From Enoplolaimus lenunculus (taxonomy: Eukaryota): a stretch of 64,000 bases of DNA. The notes below the pieces were generated by a model that was given only the letters and a program-made list of their open reading frames with translations, was not told where the DNA came from and did no database searches. Position 1 is the stretch's first letter. The number at the start of each line of letters is the position of its first letter. Of the stretch, positions 1-14,200 are shown piece after piece. The stretch covers positions 434,001 through 498,000 of the forward strand of contig JASANG010000295.1 in NCBI GenBank assembly GCA_030248215.1. Direction: 5' to 3'. A program made the position numbers and the translations under genes.

Positions 1-706
1 CAGCAAGGATTTTTAAAAGTAGGGCTACGTTCTGCAAAAATGTCGAATGAGAGTTTCTTGAGTTCCTAAATAGCAATCATTTGCACCTACACAGATGTAA
101 AAAAAAATTGTAGTCCACTGTGCTAACAAGCGAGCTTGTTGGTTATCTAGAATGTTGAGCTGCAGACGTTTCTGCTGCTACTTCAAAAAAATCTGTTAAT
201 TACTCGCATGAAAACACAGTACTACTTCTATTGTTATCCAAGCTCACTTACTCGACGCGGGCTTGAAATACAAGCGATTACGGAAGAGTGTAAGCGGCAT
301 TTTTGTGAAGGTAAGGTGGCAACATAGTAACCGGGACTCATAGCCTTTTGCATCTGTCTGTCGTTGGAGGTCATTCGGCAAAATTGAAAAAGCCGAATCG
401 AACAATGTTCTGCAATACGTATATGTTTGAATTTTCAAACAATAAAAATTTTAAATAACTTCTAATATAAATTAATATTTTTGTTTCCGGTGACAAATCT
501 TAGATATGAGGCACGGCGCGAAATAATTGCGTTTGCGAAAACATAGATTATTAGTTGGAATACTAAATGTCATTAGTTTTTTTGCAGGTCGGAAAACAAC
601 GCTACAATTTTACTAAGTTTTGGCTTTGCGTTGGTATTCCTAAAACAATCGATCTATATATCACAAATTTGCAAAATGCAAGTCTCCGATTCGCATTCAA
701 AACATT

Positions 707-3700
707 AGCAATGAATGAAAACTCGGTACCACTCTGAATGCTACCCCACCATTTACCAACTCAGTCACACACCGCAATAATACACAGAACGCCAGCAATG
801 AATGAAAATTCGGTACCACTCTGAATGCTACCCCACCATTTGCCAACTCAGTCACACACCGCAATAATACACAGAACGCCAGCAATGAATGAAAATTCGG
901 TACCACTCTGAATGCTACCCCACCATTTACCAACTCAGTCACACACCGCAATAATACACAGAACGCCAGCAATGAATGAAAATTCGGTACCATTCTGAAT
1001 GCTACCCCACCATTTACCAACTCAGTCACACACCGCAATAATACACAGAACGCCAGCAATGAATGAAAATTCGGTACCATTGTGAATGCTACCCCACCAT
1101 TTGCCAACTCAGTCACACACCGCAATAATACACAGAACGCCAGCAATGAATGAAAATTCGGTACCACTCTGAATGCTACCCCACCATTTGCCAACTCAGT
1201 GACACACCGCAATAATACACAGAACGCCGGCAATGAATGAAAATTCGGTACCACTCTGAATGCTACCCCACCATTTGCCAACTCAGTGACACACCGCAAT
1301 AATACACAGAACGCCGGCAATGAATGAAAACTCGGTACCACTCTGAATGCTACCCCACCATTTACCAACTCAGTCACACACCGCAATAATACACAGAACG
1401 CCAGCAATGAATGAAAACTCGGTACCACTCTGAATGCTACCCCACCATTTACCAACTCAGTCACACACCGCAATAATACACAGAACGCCAGCAATGAATG
1501 AAAATTCGGTACCACTCTGAATGCTACCCCACCATTTGCCAACTCAGTCACACACCGCAATAATACACAGAACGCCAGCAATGAATGAAAATTCGGTACC
1601 ACTCTGAATGCTACCCCACCATTTACCAACTCAGTCACACACCGCAATAATACACAGAACGCCAGCAATGAATGAAAATTGGTACCATTCTGAATGCTAC
1701 CCCACCATTTACCAACTCAGTCACAAACCGCAATAATACACACAACGCCAGCAATGAATGAAAATTCGGTACCACTCTGAATGCTACCCCACCATTTGCC
1801 AACTCAGTCACACACCGCAATAATACACAGAACGCCAGCAATGAATGAAAATTCGGTACCACTCTGAATGCTACCCCACCATAGACACACGAACAGGGAG
1901 AAGGACGGAATTACCAACTCAGTCACACACCGCAATAATACACAGAACGCCAGCAATGAATGAAAATTCGGTACCATTCTGAATGCTACCCCACCATTTG
2001 CCAACTCAGTGACACATCGCAATAATACACAGAACGCCGGCAATGAATAGAAAATACGGTACCACTCAGAATGCTACCCCACCATTTGCCAACTCAGTGA
2101 CACACCGCAATAATACACAGAACGCCGGCAATGAATGAAAACAAATAAACAAAAAAAATTCGGTACCACTCTGAATGCTACCCCACCATTTGCCAACTCA
2201 GTGACACACCGCAATAATACACAGAACGCCGGCAATGAATGAAAATTCGGTACCACTCTGAATGCTACCCCACCATTTGCCAACTCAGTGACACACCGCA
2301 ATAATACACAGAACGCCGGCAATGAATGAAAATTCGGTACCACTCTGAATGCTACCCCACCATTTGCCAACTCAGTGACACCGCAATAATACACAGAACG
2401 CCGGCAATGAATGAAAATTCGGTACCACTCTGAATGCTACCCCACCATTTGCCAACTCAGTGACACCGCAATAATACACAGAACGCCGGCAATGAATGAA
2501 AATTCGGTACCACTCTGAATGCTACCCTACCATTTGCCAACTCAGTGACACACCGCAATAATACACAGAACGCCGGCAATGAATGAAAACTCGGTACCAC
2601 TCTGAATGCTACCCCACCATTTACTAACTCAGTCACACACCGCAATAATACACAGAACGCCAGCAATGAATGAAAACTCGGTACCACTCTGAATGCTACC
2701 CCACCATTTACCAACTCAGTCACACACCGCAATAATACACAGAACGCCAGCAATGAATGAAAATTCGGTACCACTCTGAATGCTACCCCACCATTTGCCA
2801 ACTCAGTCACACACCGCAATAATACACAGAACGCCAGCAATGAATGAAAATTCGGTACCACTCTGAATGCTACCCCACCATTTACCAACTCAGTCACACA
2901 CCGCAATAATACACAGAACGCCAGCAATGAATGAAAATTCGGTACCATTCTGAATGCTACCCCACCATTTGCCAACTCAGTGACACATCGCAATAATACA
3001 CAGAACGCCGGCAATGAATGAAAATTCGGTACCACTCTGAATGCTACCCCACCATTTGACAACTCAGTGACACACCGCAATAATACATAGAACGCCGGCA
3101 ATGAATGAAAATTCGGTACCACTCTGAATGCTACCCCACCATTTGCCAACTCAGTGACACACCGCAATAATACACAGAACGCCGGCAATGAATGAAAATT
3201 CGGTACCACTCTGAATGCTACCCCACCATTTGCCAACTCAGTGACACACCGCAATAATACACAGAACGCCGGCAATGAATGAAAATTCGGTACCACTCTG
3301 AATGCTACCCCACCATTTGCCAACTCAGTGACACCGCAATAATACACAGAACGCCGGCAATGAATGAAAATTCGGTACCACTCTGAATGCTACCCCACCA
3401 TTTGCCAACTCAGTGACACACCGCAATAATACACAGAACGCCGGCAATGAATGAAAATTCGGTACCACTCTGAATGCTACCCCACCATTTGCCAACTCAG
3501 TCACACACCGCAATAATACACAGAACGCCAGCAATGAATCAAAATTCGGTACCACTCTGAATGCTACCCCACCATTTGCCAGCTCAGTGACACACCGCAA
3601 TAATACACAGAACGCCGGCAATGAATGAAAATTCGGTACCACTCTGAATGCTACCCCACCATTTGCCAACTCAGTGACACACCGCAATAATACACAGAAC

Positions 3701-3963
3701 GCCGGCAATGAATGAAAATTCGGTACCACTCTGAATGCTACCCCACCATTTGCCAACTCAGTGACACCGCAATAATACACAGAACGCCGGCAATGAATGA
3801 AAATTCGGTACCACTCTGAATGCTACCCCACCATTTGCCAACTCAGTCACATACCGCAATAATACACAGAACGCCAGCAATGAATGAAAATTCGGTACTA
3901 TTCAGAACGCTACCATACCATTTTGCCAACTCATTGACACACCGCAATAATACACAGAACGCC
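707..3963. repeat. 87-bp tandem satellite, about 37 copies
   Basis: The unit aatgaatgaaaattcggtaccactctgaatgctaccccaccatttgccaactcagtcacacaccgcaataatacacagaacgccagc recurs at 87-bp spacing (710, 797, ...), with a few SNP variants and no unique spacers. Confidence 0.97.
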
Positions 3964-4289
3964 ACGGACAACTCGTTCCTTCTCGCCCAGCCTACCATCT
4001 CGTCCTTCCCTTGCCCTTTACCAAAACTTGGCCTTGTAAATAAATTGAAATCCAACCTCGTCGCACACGATAAGATTTTTGATTCTTATTATGCCGGCGG
4101 TCAATATTTATCTTCGGGTATATTGCTTAAATTCAAACAACTCAAACCGCAAAACCATGCGCTGGCAAGGTTTAATTAAAGGAAAACGCGGTATATAAAT
4201 AACCAACTAGTAACCCGGTTGAATATATATACATATAGTTTGTTTCTCTGGGCAACATAAACATAAATAACAGACTAGGCAGATTAAGT

Positions 4290-4915
4290 AAATACGCACC
4301 CCCCAGCTTGCGTTTGCCCAAGAATGGTTCGATTTTAAAAAATTTTGCATATTCAAGCTTCTCATGGCCTCTCCTCATCATTTCACGCCTAAATTTGAAA
4401 ATTTGAAAAATTCGATTTTTTTCAAGGTCCCAAGGTCCCCCTTAAGACCCAAAAAAATTTTTCGTCAAAATATTCGAAAAACTATATATTATTTTCAATG
4501 GAGCTTGATGAGCTGAGTCGAATGGTGTTAAAGTTACCGTAATCAGACGATTGGTTAGCGAATTATGATCAAATAACTGATTTGGCGCCGTAACAAATCG
4601 TTGGCAACGCACCAAATCAGTTATATTTGACAATAGCTCGTTTACCATTCATCTGATTGCGAAAAATTTAACACCACTGGACTCAGCTCCGCATGCTGCA
4701 TCAAATGGTATATCACTTGACAAACTTTTTGACAAAAAAATTTTGGGTCCCAAGGGGGGACATTACCTATGACATTACAAAATCGAATTTTTCAAAAATT
4801 CAAATTTAAGTGTGAAATGGTCAGGGGAAATCATGAGAAGCTCAAATATGCAAAAAATTTTATATCTAACGATTTTTGGGTAAACGCGGGCTGGGGAAGG
4901 ATAACCGAGAAAATA
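4290..4915. mobile_element. ~600-bp fold-back non-autonomous DNA element (MITE-like); related copies at ~40880-41560, ~43835-44210, ~47830-48040
   Basis: The left arm (...catttcacgcctaaatttgaaaatttgaaaaattcgatt...gacccaaaaaaattttt) is the approximate reverse complement of the right arm (aaaaaaatttttgggtc...aatcgaatttttcaaaaattcaaatttaagtgtgaaatg). The same motifs recur elsewhere in the window. Confidence 0.75.
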
Positions 4916-5962
4916 CGATATGCGTTCCTGTATGTTTCATTTCACAACACAACAAATACTACCAAGAATCCCACCGGAAAAATACTTATTGAATCGAAAT
5001 CGAAACCGAAATTTTGAATATTTTGTTGGTCAAAGGTTCCACTGGGCGCGAAGATAAGCGAAAGGCAAATGGGTATAGCCTCCAACGAAATTTATTTCCC
5101 ATTGAATAGTTTTATTAATTCCAGATGTGAACTCAATGCTTTCGACCATCTAACATACATAATAAGCTACGTATTTGCGGTCAACCTTAACAAATTCTTT
5201 TTCAAAAACCCTGACAAGGAACCAAAATTGTTCACCAACTCATGGACCGAATATATTTTATCATTTACATATTGATTACAAGACAACACAATGCATATAC
5301 CGATAGATAACTCATTAGCACGCAACATAATCACTGTTTTACATATCCCCTTAGCCAAACCAAATTTTTATCCAGACAACGTGATTTCAATTGCTACAAA
5401 TTACCATTATGTTTAAGCTTAATACAATATCAAATCGCAAGTCACGCAATATTGATTACATATAAACCGTTCGTTATTCTTGTCAAAACACATCATCTAC
5501 GCATCTTATCCGTTTGAACTACAAATCCAAAGGGAGTGATTCAAACCATGATGGGCTTCGACGTCCTAATACAAGGCAAAACCAATATTTTGTATTAAGA
5601 TTTAGTAGCAAAATTGCGCCGCTTGGTCTCTAGCTCAGATTTCGCCACTATTAAATATTTCACCTCCGTCATAAATCTCTGGCTCCGCATCTGTACACAA
5701 GCTCTACATATACGGGAAAAATATTTTTTTTACCATTTTCACTACGTGTAGATCACATCTAAAATCTCATAATCACAATCTCAATATATAGATAAAGCAC
5801 GTAAAATCAATATCCTTAGAGAGCTCTCCGTCTAAACCATCTACAATATCTATGCTATTTTCAAACTTAACATAGCTAGATAACCATACGCATACAGTAG
5901 CACACTACGTTCCATCCAAATATCTGAGACTACCTCGCAAGCCACACGACCGCAAATTCTTG

Positions 5963-5999
<37 letters not shown>
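5963..5999. repeat. (CAA)n microsatellite
   Basis: About 12 consecutive aac/caa units. Confidence 0.95.
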
Positions 6000-8252
6000 T
6001 AGCTATATCGCTAACATATGGGTTCATATAACCACATTCTTGAAACATAATACAAATAACAGAGACAAATTTGACAAACACCAAGACGCAATTGATTGAA
6101 TAGTAAAGTAATCGGAAACAGATTAGCAAAGCTGTCAAAATGGCAACCAGGCTTTCACAACCGAAAATAGTGACCACCTAAGCTACAATATTCAGTGCAG
6201 TTTGACTTAAACAATTAAAATAAAAAATGTTTCACTCTTATTCTGGCCGATATCATACAAACACCAGACAGACAGTTTTAACCCGTGATGGTCCCTATTT
6301 ACATACTTATTGTTTGTACAAATCCCTTCGTGCCAAAGCCAAATTCGAAAATACAAAACGCAATGGAAGATCAAAATTACCCGACACACCACAGCTAATT
6401 TATCATCGGCGCATTTAACTCGATACCGTTTCCGTCCAAGATTTGCAACACTAACCAGAACTATGCGTACAACTAATCGCTGTGACTGCAGCCAAAGCGC
6501 AACAATTTTAATTGATGTCACTTCAACACGATTCAAATTTGTCAAACTTTTAAATTTAATTGAACAAAAGATATAAAATATGTGTACACACTACGTATGT
6601 ATGTCTGTACCTAAAAATAAATATTGCTTAGAAAGAAGGCATATAGAAGGAAGATGTGGAGATAAAGTCCGTCCCAAATTTTGAAAAGGAACTAAAACAG
6701 TGGCACTACAGGCTTTAGAATGACTATGTTGTATTCTAAAAGCCAAAAATTCTTTCTCACTAGATCGCAAATAACATTTACCACCTCAAAATGAAATTCA
6801 GGCAAAACACCTGTGTGAACTATACGGACATAAAGTGGCAGTGTCTGGCGCTGTTTGAGACGTCTATCCTGAAAACTTGGCAATGATTCTATCTAATGAT
6901 GCCAATATTTGTCTGTAAAATTTGTGTATCCACTCAATCTGACTTGTAAGTGCAAGCAAAAATACAGAGTGTTTCAATTTTGTGTCGTGGAAAATATCGT
7001 TATCGATGCCGGGGCCATGTCCGAGTTCAGCAGTGTATGTCGACTTAAATTAAAAACGACGTTAGCACGTAACGTATGCGTTCCCTTACAATGAAAACAA
7101 ACATATAAGACAAAAACGCTAAATCCCACCCGAAATCAAACACTTGAGTCTACCCACTCAGCGGTACTTCAATTCTATTCCAAGTCACCACTCGAACATC
7201 TGTCCATAAGCTTTAAAGACAATTAATTACAAAACCTCTAAATTAAACAGAAACACGAACCAAAATCTACAAACAAGTATTGTAATTCGCAAAATTAAAA
7301 ACTCACGGCAATATTACCAAATATCCGGAACCTCAGTTATAGTTTATTCATGGGTAAAACAAATAAGTAGTCATTTTCTAACGGTCATAGCTGGTAATCA
7401 AATAGCCGGGTATAAATAAGTACAGGCGCTAGCCAATCGTAGACTTTGGTTGTACACAAAAGGGTTGTCATATCGCGAAGTCTATACCGTTGTTTAATCA
7501 TTAACATTTGATGTGGGGGCAAATTGTAAAAGAGCCATGAAATGATTGTCCCTCTGTTTCCTGAATTTGTGATTTTAAAGCCGCACCAGATTCCCTTAAA
7601 ACAGTAATACAATACGATTATTAGTTTCATGCGTTGCTCTACCCAATTTTTAAAAATCAAATTGATTTACACAGGATCACGAGTAAATTTAATGAGCTCA
7701 TACGCTATGTATTATAGATCGAATACACGTACATAGGCATGCTCTCGGTCAATTAGCCACGTATAAGCTAGCGGTGATGTAAGCGCTGTATATATGTATG
7801 TAACAAAATAACCAAACCTACAAAAAATTAAATTACAGCTCAGCTCAAGCTCAATATTTAATAAATTTAGATTGCAAGCATAACAAAAATATGACAAGTT
7901 CTGCAACCAAATTTTTTGATGACACTTAATTTAATAGCCACATAGTACTATTTGTTTACAAATTTATGCTTTCGCAGGAATTGGCATTAAAGTGTTTCCT
8001 AAAATACTCATCTGTGTCACGTCGAAAAACTAAAAGAGCGAAAGTGCAGTTAGAATAACTGAATGCATGCAATGGGCTGGCTTCTTCCTTTCAAACATGG
8101 TGTCTAGGTTGCCTCCCCTCCCCCTCCCCAAACGTCTTGCAGTTAAACGAATTTGTAACTAAAAAATAAGTAATACACACTTAAAAACAGATCAAAGGTC
8201 CGCCTACCCCGAAAAAATTCTAGTACCACCGGTGCGCTTTGCAACAACTTAC

Positions 8253-10440
8253 AAATGAGATCATAGGTATATTTTGAGCAGCAGCAATCGTCGCTTCTAC
8301 ACTACACGTCTCTTCAGGGCCAATAAATGCAACGACACCACGGTCCCATTGTTCCATCACAAATCTCACACCTAAAGTACGGTTGCACATATATCCATAT
8401 ATATACAGTTAGCCTAACATCTCAAACTGAAAAGCCTTGTTCACAAGCTACTCACAACAGCTATTTGACATATAATATCCGTAAAACATAACGCACGTAA
8501 GTTGATTCGCCTAGAACGTCAATAGATCATACACAGAAATGAGTGACAGTCTTATGTATAGGATAAACGGTCAACTAATCGTCGAAATTTTGCTCTTTGC
8601 TATCAATCTTTACTTGACTAATTTTTACATTAAGAACTACGTATAGCTGTAACGGGACGGGATTTTCTTGCTTGTGGCTGGACTCCAGCTCGAAACGTTA
8701 AGACTAAAACCATACAGACCCACTTCCGCCTACATAAAAAAAGGTCGCCTAAACTAAAAACTAGTCCACCTTCACATTCGTAAGCATTAATAGCGAATTT
8801 CTAATTAGATTTAAATATACATTGTTTGGTAGTAAATCAATGATTTGCTTTCAAAGCCAACATCCAATCTTTACACAACTCTAGCAACACATACTGTCTA
8901 AATATCGACCATGAGTGTCGCTGAAAATGTACGACAATTGAGTGAACGGCAACCGTCCTGAATCTCGATTAACCACTTCCACCGCATAACGCAAAGCGCC
9001 CGATATTCTGTGGCCTATAATTACAACCAGTTATTAATACAATCCAAAAAGTGTACAAAGCGAGTTCAAATGGTTTGCTTATATATAACACATGCCTGCG
9101 CCATGGTCCTGAACCAAAACCTATAATATATACCAAATTAACCAAGAACAGAGTTGCTATAGCAAAAGTTTTGCGCTTGGCATTATTGTAAAGCCCAAAC
9201 ATTTTGACTTAAAAACTTACTCATAAGAAACAAAATCTTGTTGGTGTGACGTTATACAAAAATTCATTTGAGTGCTATTTGCTAACCAAATTACCTTTCA
9301 TTCGCTGCAGATTGGAAAATAAAAATTATGTTTGCAATAGAGCAAAAGTTACTAAATTCTTCAATTACACAGCATAATGATATATTAAGTTACGTAAACA
9401 GTTAATATTTCAAACAAACAGTACTAGCCCAATGTAGAAAAAAGCAACATACTTTCTTTTTTAAATTTCTGTATACAGGGGCGTAAGAAGGGTTTCGAAG
9501 GGAGAAACGTTAAACAAAAATTTCAAATGAGGGGTTTCTTGCGTCACCAACTACAGCAGTCCCTAATATCAAAGGTCAAAAACCGCAAGCGAGGGGGTTG
9601 ACCTGTATTCCTCCTTCACTTTGTATACTTTACACTAACGCCTAACCTTGTAAATTGACGGGCACTTCACCATAATTTTTGTGCTGCAGAAGTCTTGCCT
9701 TTGCGGCAATATCGGGAGCGTGCACACTGCCGTCTGGTCCACTCTTTGACAGCATAACCATGCTGCCGAACAAATAACCTAACAAAAGCGATTTCGGCCG
9801 CCCATGTTCGTCGTATTTAATTACCGACTGCGCACGACGTTTGCTACGACTGTTAATGTTGTGAAGCCTATGCAATGTCACGGTTTTGAAGAACGTGCTC
9901 GAGTTCCAATTGGTTTCAGGAAGACCCCACGATGTAAGGAAATCGGAATCGGAATACTAAAATACCCAAAACAGCAATGCACTATATACTATCTTGGGCG
10001 CAGGTATAGTCACGTAAAATGTTTTAGTAAAATAATTCAAACAAGTCACAGTCTGTAAATGCAAGGCTGATCCAATCAGTACTTAACAGGTCACATTTCA
10101 GTGAAGTTACCATACAATCATACAAATTTTATTGTCAAAATCCTCAGTACGTATGTAATCTTTAGCAAATAAATTTGTTTCGCTATGCACTATATACATT
10201 TTTATGTTATTTCAAATATTATAGTTTGGATACCGATATGTCAGTTCTCATACGAAATGCGTGAACTTGGAAATAACAAATAAATCGACAATATATTTAT
10301 ACCTCATTCCACCGAACTGCGTGGTTTGTTTTGTTTGCTGAGGGTGTGGCAATTATGGTCAAATCATGGCACAACGTCATTAATGATACTGCACAGAAAA
10401 AACCAGCAAATCCTAGATACAATTCCTGAGCAAACGTCAT
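8253..10440 (-). CDS. Receptor-type guanylyl cyclase / natriuretic-peptide-receptor-like gene, 5' exons only (10440-10303, 9956-9647, 9014-8895, 8371-8253); probably continues leftward
   Basis: Four GT-AG bounded exons splice in phase (0,1,1,0). The product is a signal peptide MTFAQELYLGFAGFFCAVSLMTLC, then ...RSKRR...LLLGYLFGS...GHRISGALRYAVEVVNRDSGRLPFTQLSYIFSDTHG...SVRFVMEQWDRGVVAFIGPEETCSVEATIAAAQNIPMISF. This is the characteristic N-terminal part of the ANF-receptor (periplasmic-binding-fold) ectodomain of membrane guanylyl cyclases. Downstream exons were not identified, so the cyclase domain itself is not seen. Confidence 0.8.
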
Positions 10441-10570
10441 ATGACTAGCTGACTTATCGATATTTTTATCAAATTACGGGCCATAATGGCACAAAATGCC
10501 GCTTTGTACTGCGGCACGGTATCCCTGAAAGAAACATTAACCTTTAGCTGGTTGATACAAATATATAACT

Positions 10571-10944
10571 CAGGGTGGCAACAAAGTTTCGGATTCAGAT
10601 TCGGTTCAGATTCGCAAAAAATTTGTGGTTCGGATTCGGTTGTGAAAAAGCCGAATACAAAATCCGAAATGCTCGGCAATATATTTTTCACTTTTAAACA
10701 ATAAAAACTTTAGGCAACCTGTTATACGTATTAATAAAAAAATTTTGTTTCAGGACACAAATATCAAAACTGAGGTCGGGCATGAAATATATTAACGTTT
10801 AAAAGTTAAGCGGCTGACATCGCTTGACATTCTGAAACAAACTATACATGTAACTGAAGTTTGCAACATGCAAGATTCGGCTCGGATTCGGCAAATTAGC
10901 AAGGGATTCGGATTCGGTGAAACCGTGGATTCGGTGCAACCCTG
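10571..10944. mobile_element. hAT-like MITE
   Basis: TIRs cagggtggca...tgcaaccctg. Flanking 8-mers atataact / atatagct match at 7 of 8 positions, consistent with an 8-bp TSD. Internal ggattcgg repeats. Confidence 0.75.
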
Positions 10945-11234
10945 ATATAGCTATATGAAAACATGGAAGTGCATGCATGCGGCTAAGGCAACCAACGTGG
11001 TGTTAACAGTAACAACCCGTACATCGCTACCAATGCTAAACAATTTTAATATTGTGTACTGTTCGAAGTATTTGATTCTTGCAAAAGCGTATGTTTATTG
11101 AATTAACTATTAGCTCAGATTTTTCATTTTGCTTCAGTATGACAAAAACAACCGTCTTCACTTGCTATTAAACGTATGTAATCGCAATAAAATGTTTAAT
11201 CTGTCGACTTTAAAAACCGATTAACATTCGGGCC

Positions 11235-14200
11235 GGGCCTTTACGGCGGTGCATGCATCAACAGCTCAAACACCGTTCTTTTTGATGCATGGCCGTGATC
11301 CAGATTTTCCGGAAGAAAATCCGTTCTACTCAGTGTTGCTTGCGACTGTTGCGGATCTCCAAGCTAAAAATTTAATTTTAACGTTGTCGAAAGTAAAGCA
11401 TGGGACGATTTTGACAAGCGAACAAAAAATAGGCAATTTACGGTAGGATATATCGTAATACTGAGAAATCGTGAAAAGTTCGACATAAAAGAATTTCGAA
11501 TAAATCTCACTCTGAATTCGAAAAGATATAGCGGGTCAAGGAAATTGGTGGTCCCAACGGTAAATTGCCGTACTTGGGCTCAACGCCACGTAAAGATGTG
11601 TTGTACAACAGAAGCCTGGTAAAACATTTACGCATGGAAAGAAATTTCGGAGGATAGCCAGGACACACTGTGTGCACAGTAGCGCTGGAGATATGACTGC
11701 GATGTTGCCAGTGGATTTTGTTTCACGTGGTTTAAGTACTGACTGCTAATAAGTTCGTATTTAATGCTAATAACTGTGTCAAAAACAGCATTAATACCCT
11801 TCCTTTGTGTGACAACTGCAACTGTAAATTTCATTCCGATTATTTCGTTGTTCAACAACAACGTCGATTGCTAGCGGTTGATCCGTGTGGTATCAATTTG
11901 TCGCGAACTGCAAGCGATACATTTCACAGCAATTGGGTTGTTGTCATCGTCGACATCGTTCGTTGTGCAAACTCGACGGCAGCGATAGTAATGGGTGAGG
12001 TGTTTATGTAGGTACCACCGCGATTAGTGACTCGGGACAAAGTCCTTTCTTGTCATTCGTTACAAGCGTAGATTCAGACGAGTTCGATGAATCGAGAGTG
12101 GGAAAAGCCACGGTATACTGTCGTGAGTTCGAATATGGGGCAGATTCGTCGTATGATGAAGTAGATTAGTTCAACCCGTACGAACATCATATCGTAGGAC
12201 ATCGAGGGAGTCGAGTCAATTTGTCGTACGATCGGATGCAGCAGTGCGATCAGTACTATAAAGCATATTACGTACGACATGTTACGCATGTGATGCCGAA
12301 TGACCGGATGAGGCGACCGTTTCCAAATAGTTGTTTTTTGTACGTGTCACACAGTTGGTTACGTGGTCGTCATTTTTTGGGTCGGCGTGGTAACAATTCG
12401 GGCGAACGATTCAGATTTTCACGATAGAAGATACCGCGTTCATCATTGACATTCAGGCGCTTGGCTTATAATTGCCGCCCGAGTTGTACGAGTTCTTGAA
12501 ATGATCCAGATTTCGCGACAATCTAGTGGTGCAAGACGGCGGATAAGATGACCTGGGAAGCAGGGTTCTGCGATGGTCATGGTGAGAGGGACCAGCCGTT
12601 TCTTGGATCTGCAGTTGATCCAAGGTCACAAATGTGACGAAAATCGCCGTCTTCGACGCGTGTTGATCCGGTAATGTTGCGAGATCAAGTGAACGTCGTA
12701 AATTGTAGTCGCGAGGGAGTCGCGTCCGAGTTGTTCAATGCAATTGGCTGGAAGCTTGGAACAATGGTGGAGAAGAATTTACGCGTACTGGTGGATACGC
12801 AGACAACGGGGTCTTCAGAAATGTGGCAGCTGTACCAACGAGGGGAATTGGGATATCTTCGCGAAAAAGAAAACCAGTTCCGTAGAAGAAAAGGCAAAGT
12901 TCATGGTAAGACCCAGTTCCGTTTACGATTCAAGTTGGTAGCGTTCACGCGCGAAAACCACCGATCACCGCGTTCGAAGTAGTGTGTGCGTGGTCGTCGG
13001 CATGACCGTCTTCAAACGATCAGTTGATACCGTTAGTACGTGGAAGTGTGGCGAAGAAGCAATTGGATTCAGTCCAGAAGAACGATTACTTAGAAGCGGA
13101 GGATAAAGTTAAAACGTATAAGTGAAATGTTAGCGGAACGTGGATTGTTCGATGGCGTCTTGTGTGGACAAGGCAAGGTGGAGCGGATATCAAGCCGGCA
13201 GTGGTTGTTGGTGCGGCACTTCCGAATGTGGGGACCAGTAGCTCGGATCAAACAATTGACGTGACGTCTGGCAATACCATAATTGAGTCTGCTATGTCGA
13301 TAAGTGCGATATTGCCGTTGTCAGAAGAATTCAACCGTAGTGAGGCCGTGTCGACCGGTCATCCAACTGTTGTGCGCAAGGTGTTGTCGTTCGAAGACGC
13401 AATGACGTCGAAGGATGTCGACATGCGCGATGTGTTAAGGCGGATCGATATTAAGTGCAGTGCCGACGTCGAACTAATCCTACCATCAGATGTGAAGGGT
13501 CCGCCTGTCTTTATAACGGCGGAGGCGTTTAAGTTAGCGTTAAGACAGACGGAGAAGCGCATGGTGGAAAAATTTTAGCGTAATACGATGCAGCAGGCAT
13601 CTTTAGTTTCGCCTGTGCAGCAGCCGCCAGCGGTATCTCCATCATCAGAACCAGCCTCGGAGGAGTTGGAGCAATTAAAAGAACATGGGCGTGTAATGGA
13701 GGAGCGGCAACACGTGTTAGTAGACGTAATGTGGAAATACGAGAAGATTTGATCATATAATGTCAACGGTGCTGGATTTGTTGCCGGAAGCTTCTGCGGA
13801 AGGCGCAATCGTTGACCAGGATGAAGAGGAAACCGCCGACGCAGTGACGGTCTGCATTCCCAGTCACGACGGTGACAAGCACCGGCATCACCGGAAATTT
13901 ATTTACCGATATCGCGTACTTTGCTTGTAGAGCAATACAGGAATACGAAAACGAAAGTCGTGCCGCATTATCAGATTTTTAAGAAGCTGTATGTCAGCAG
14001 ACGTTATTGGCCCGAACGCAATAGGTTCGACAATGCCAACATCGAGTACATACTGCTGGAGAAAGTGAAGCCGACTGATTCGAAATTTGTTCAATGACCA
14101 TGGCGGTAACCACGAAATAGCAATTGACGAGTAGTGTGGTGAACGTCATCAAATCCAGTAGGCGTCGCTGCATTTCAATCGGAATATCGAAAACGATAAT

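Noticed and set aside
244..438. Possible further exon of the cyclase-like gene (AG...GT bounded, ~252-409)
   Set aside because: Splice-like signals are present but no frame gave a recognisable family motif.
697..3780. Long minus-strand ORFs with a 29-aa repeat; possible CRISPR array
   Set aside because: By-product of an 87-bp (3 x 29) satellite unit. Frames break at 2-bp deletions, and there are no unique spacers or cas genes.
8969..9202. 77-aa hydrophobic ORF in the track
   Set aside because: The credible exon (9014-8895) is in a different frame; the rest is intron.
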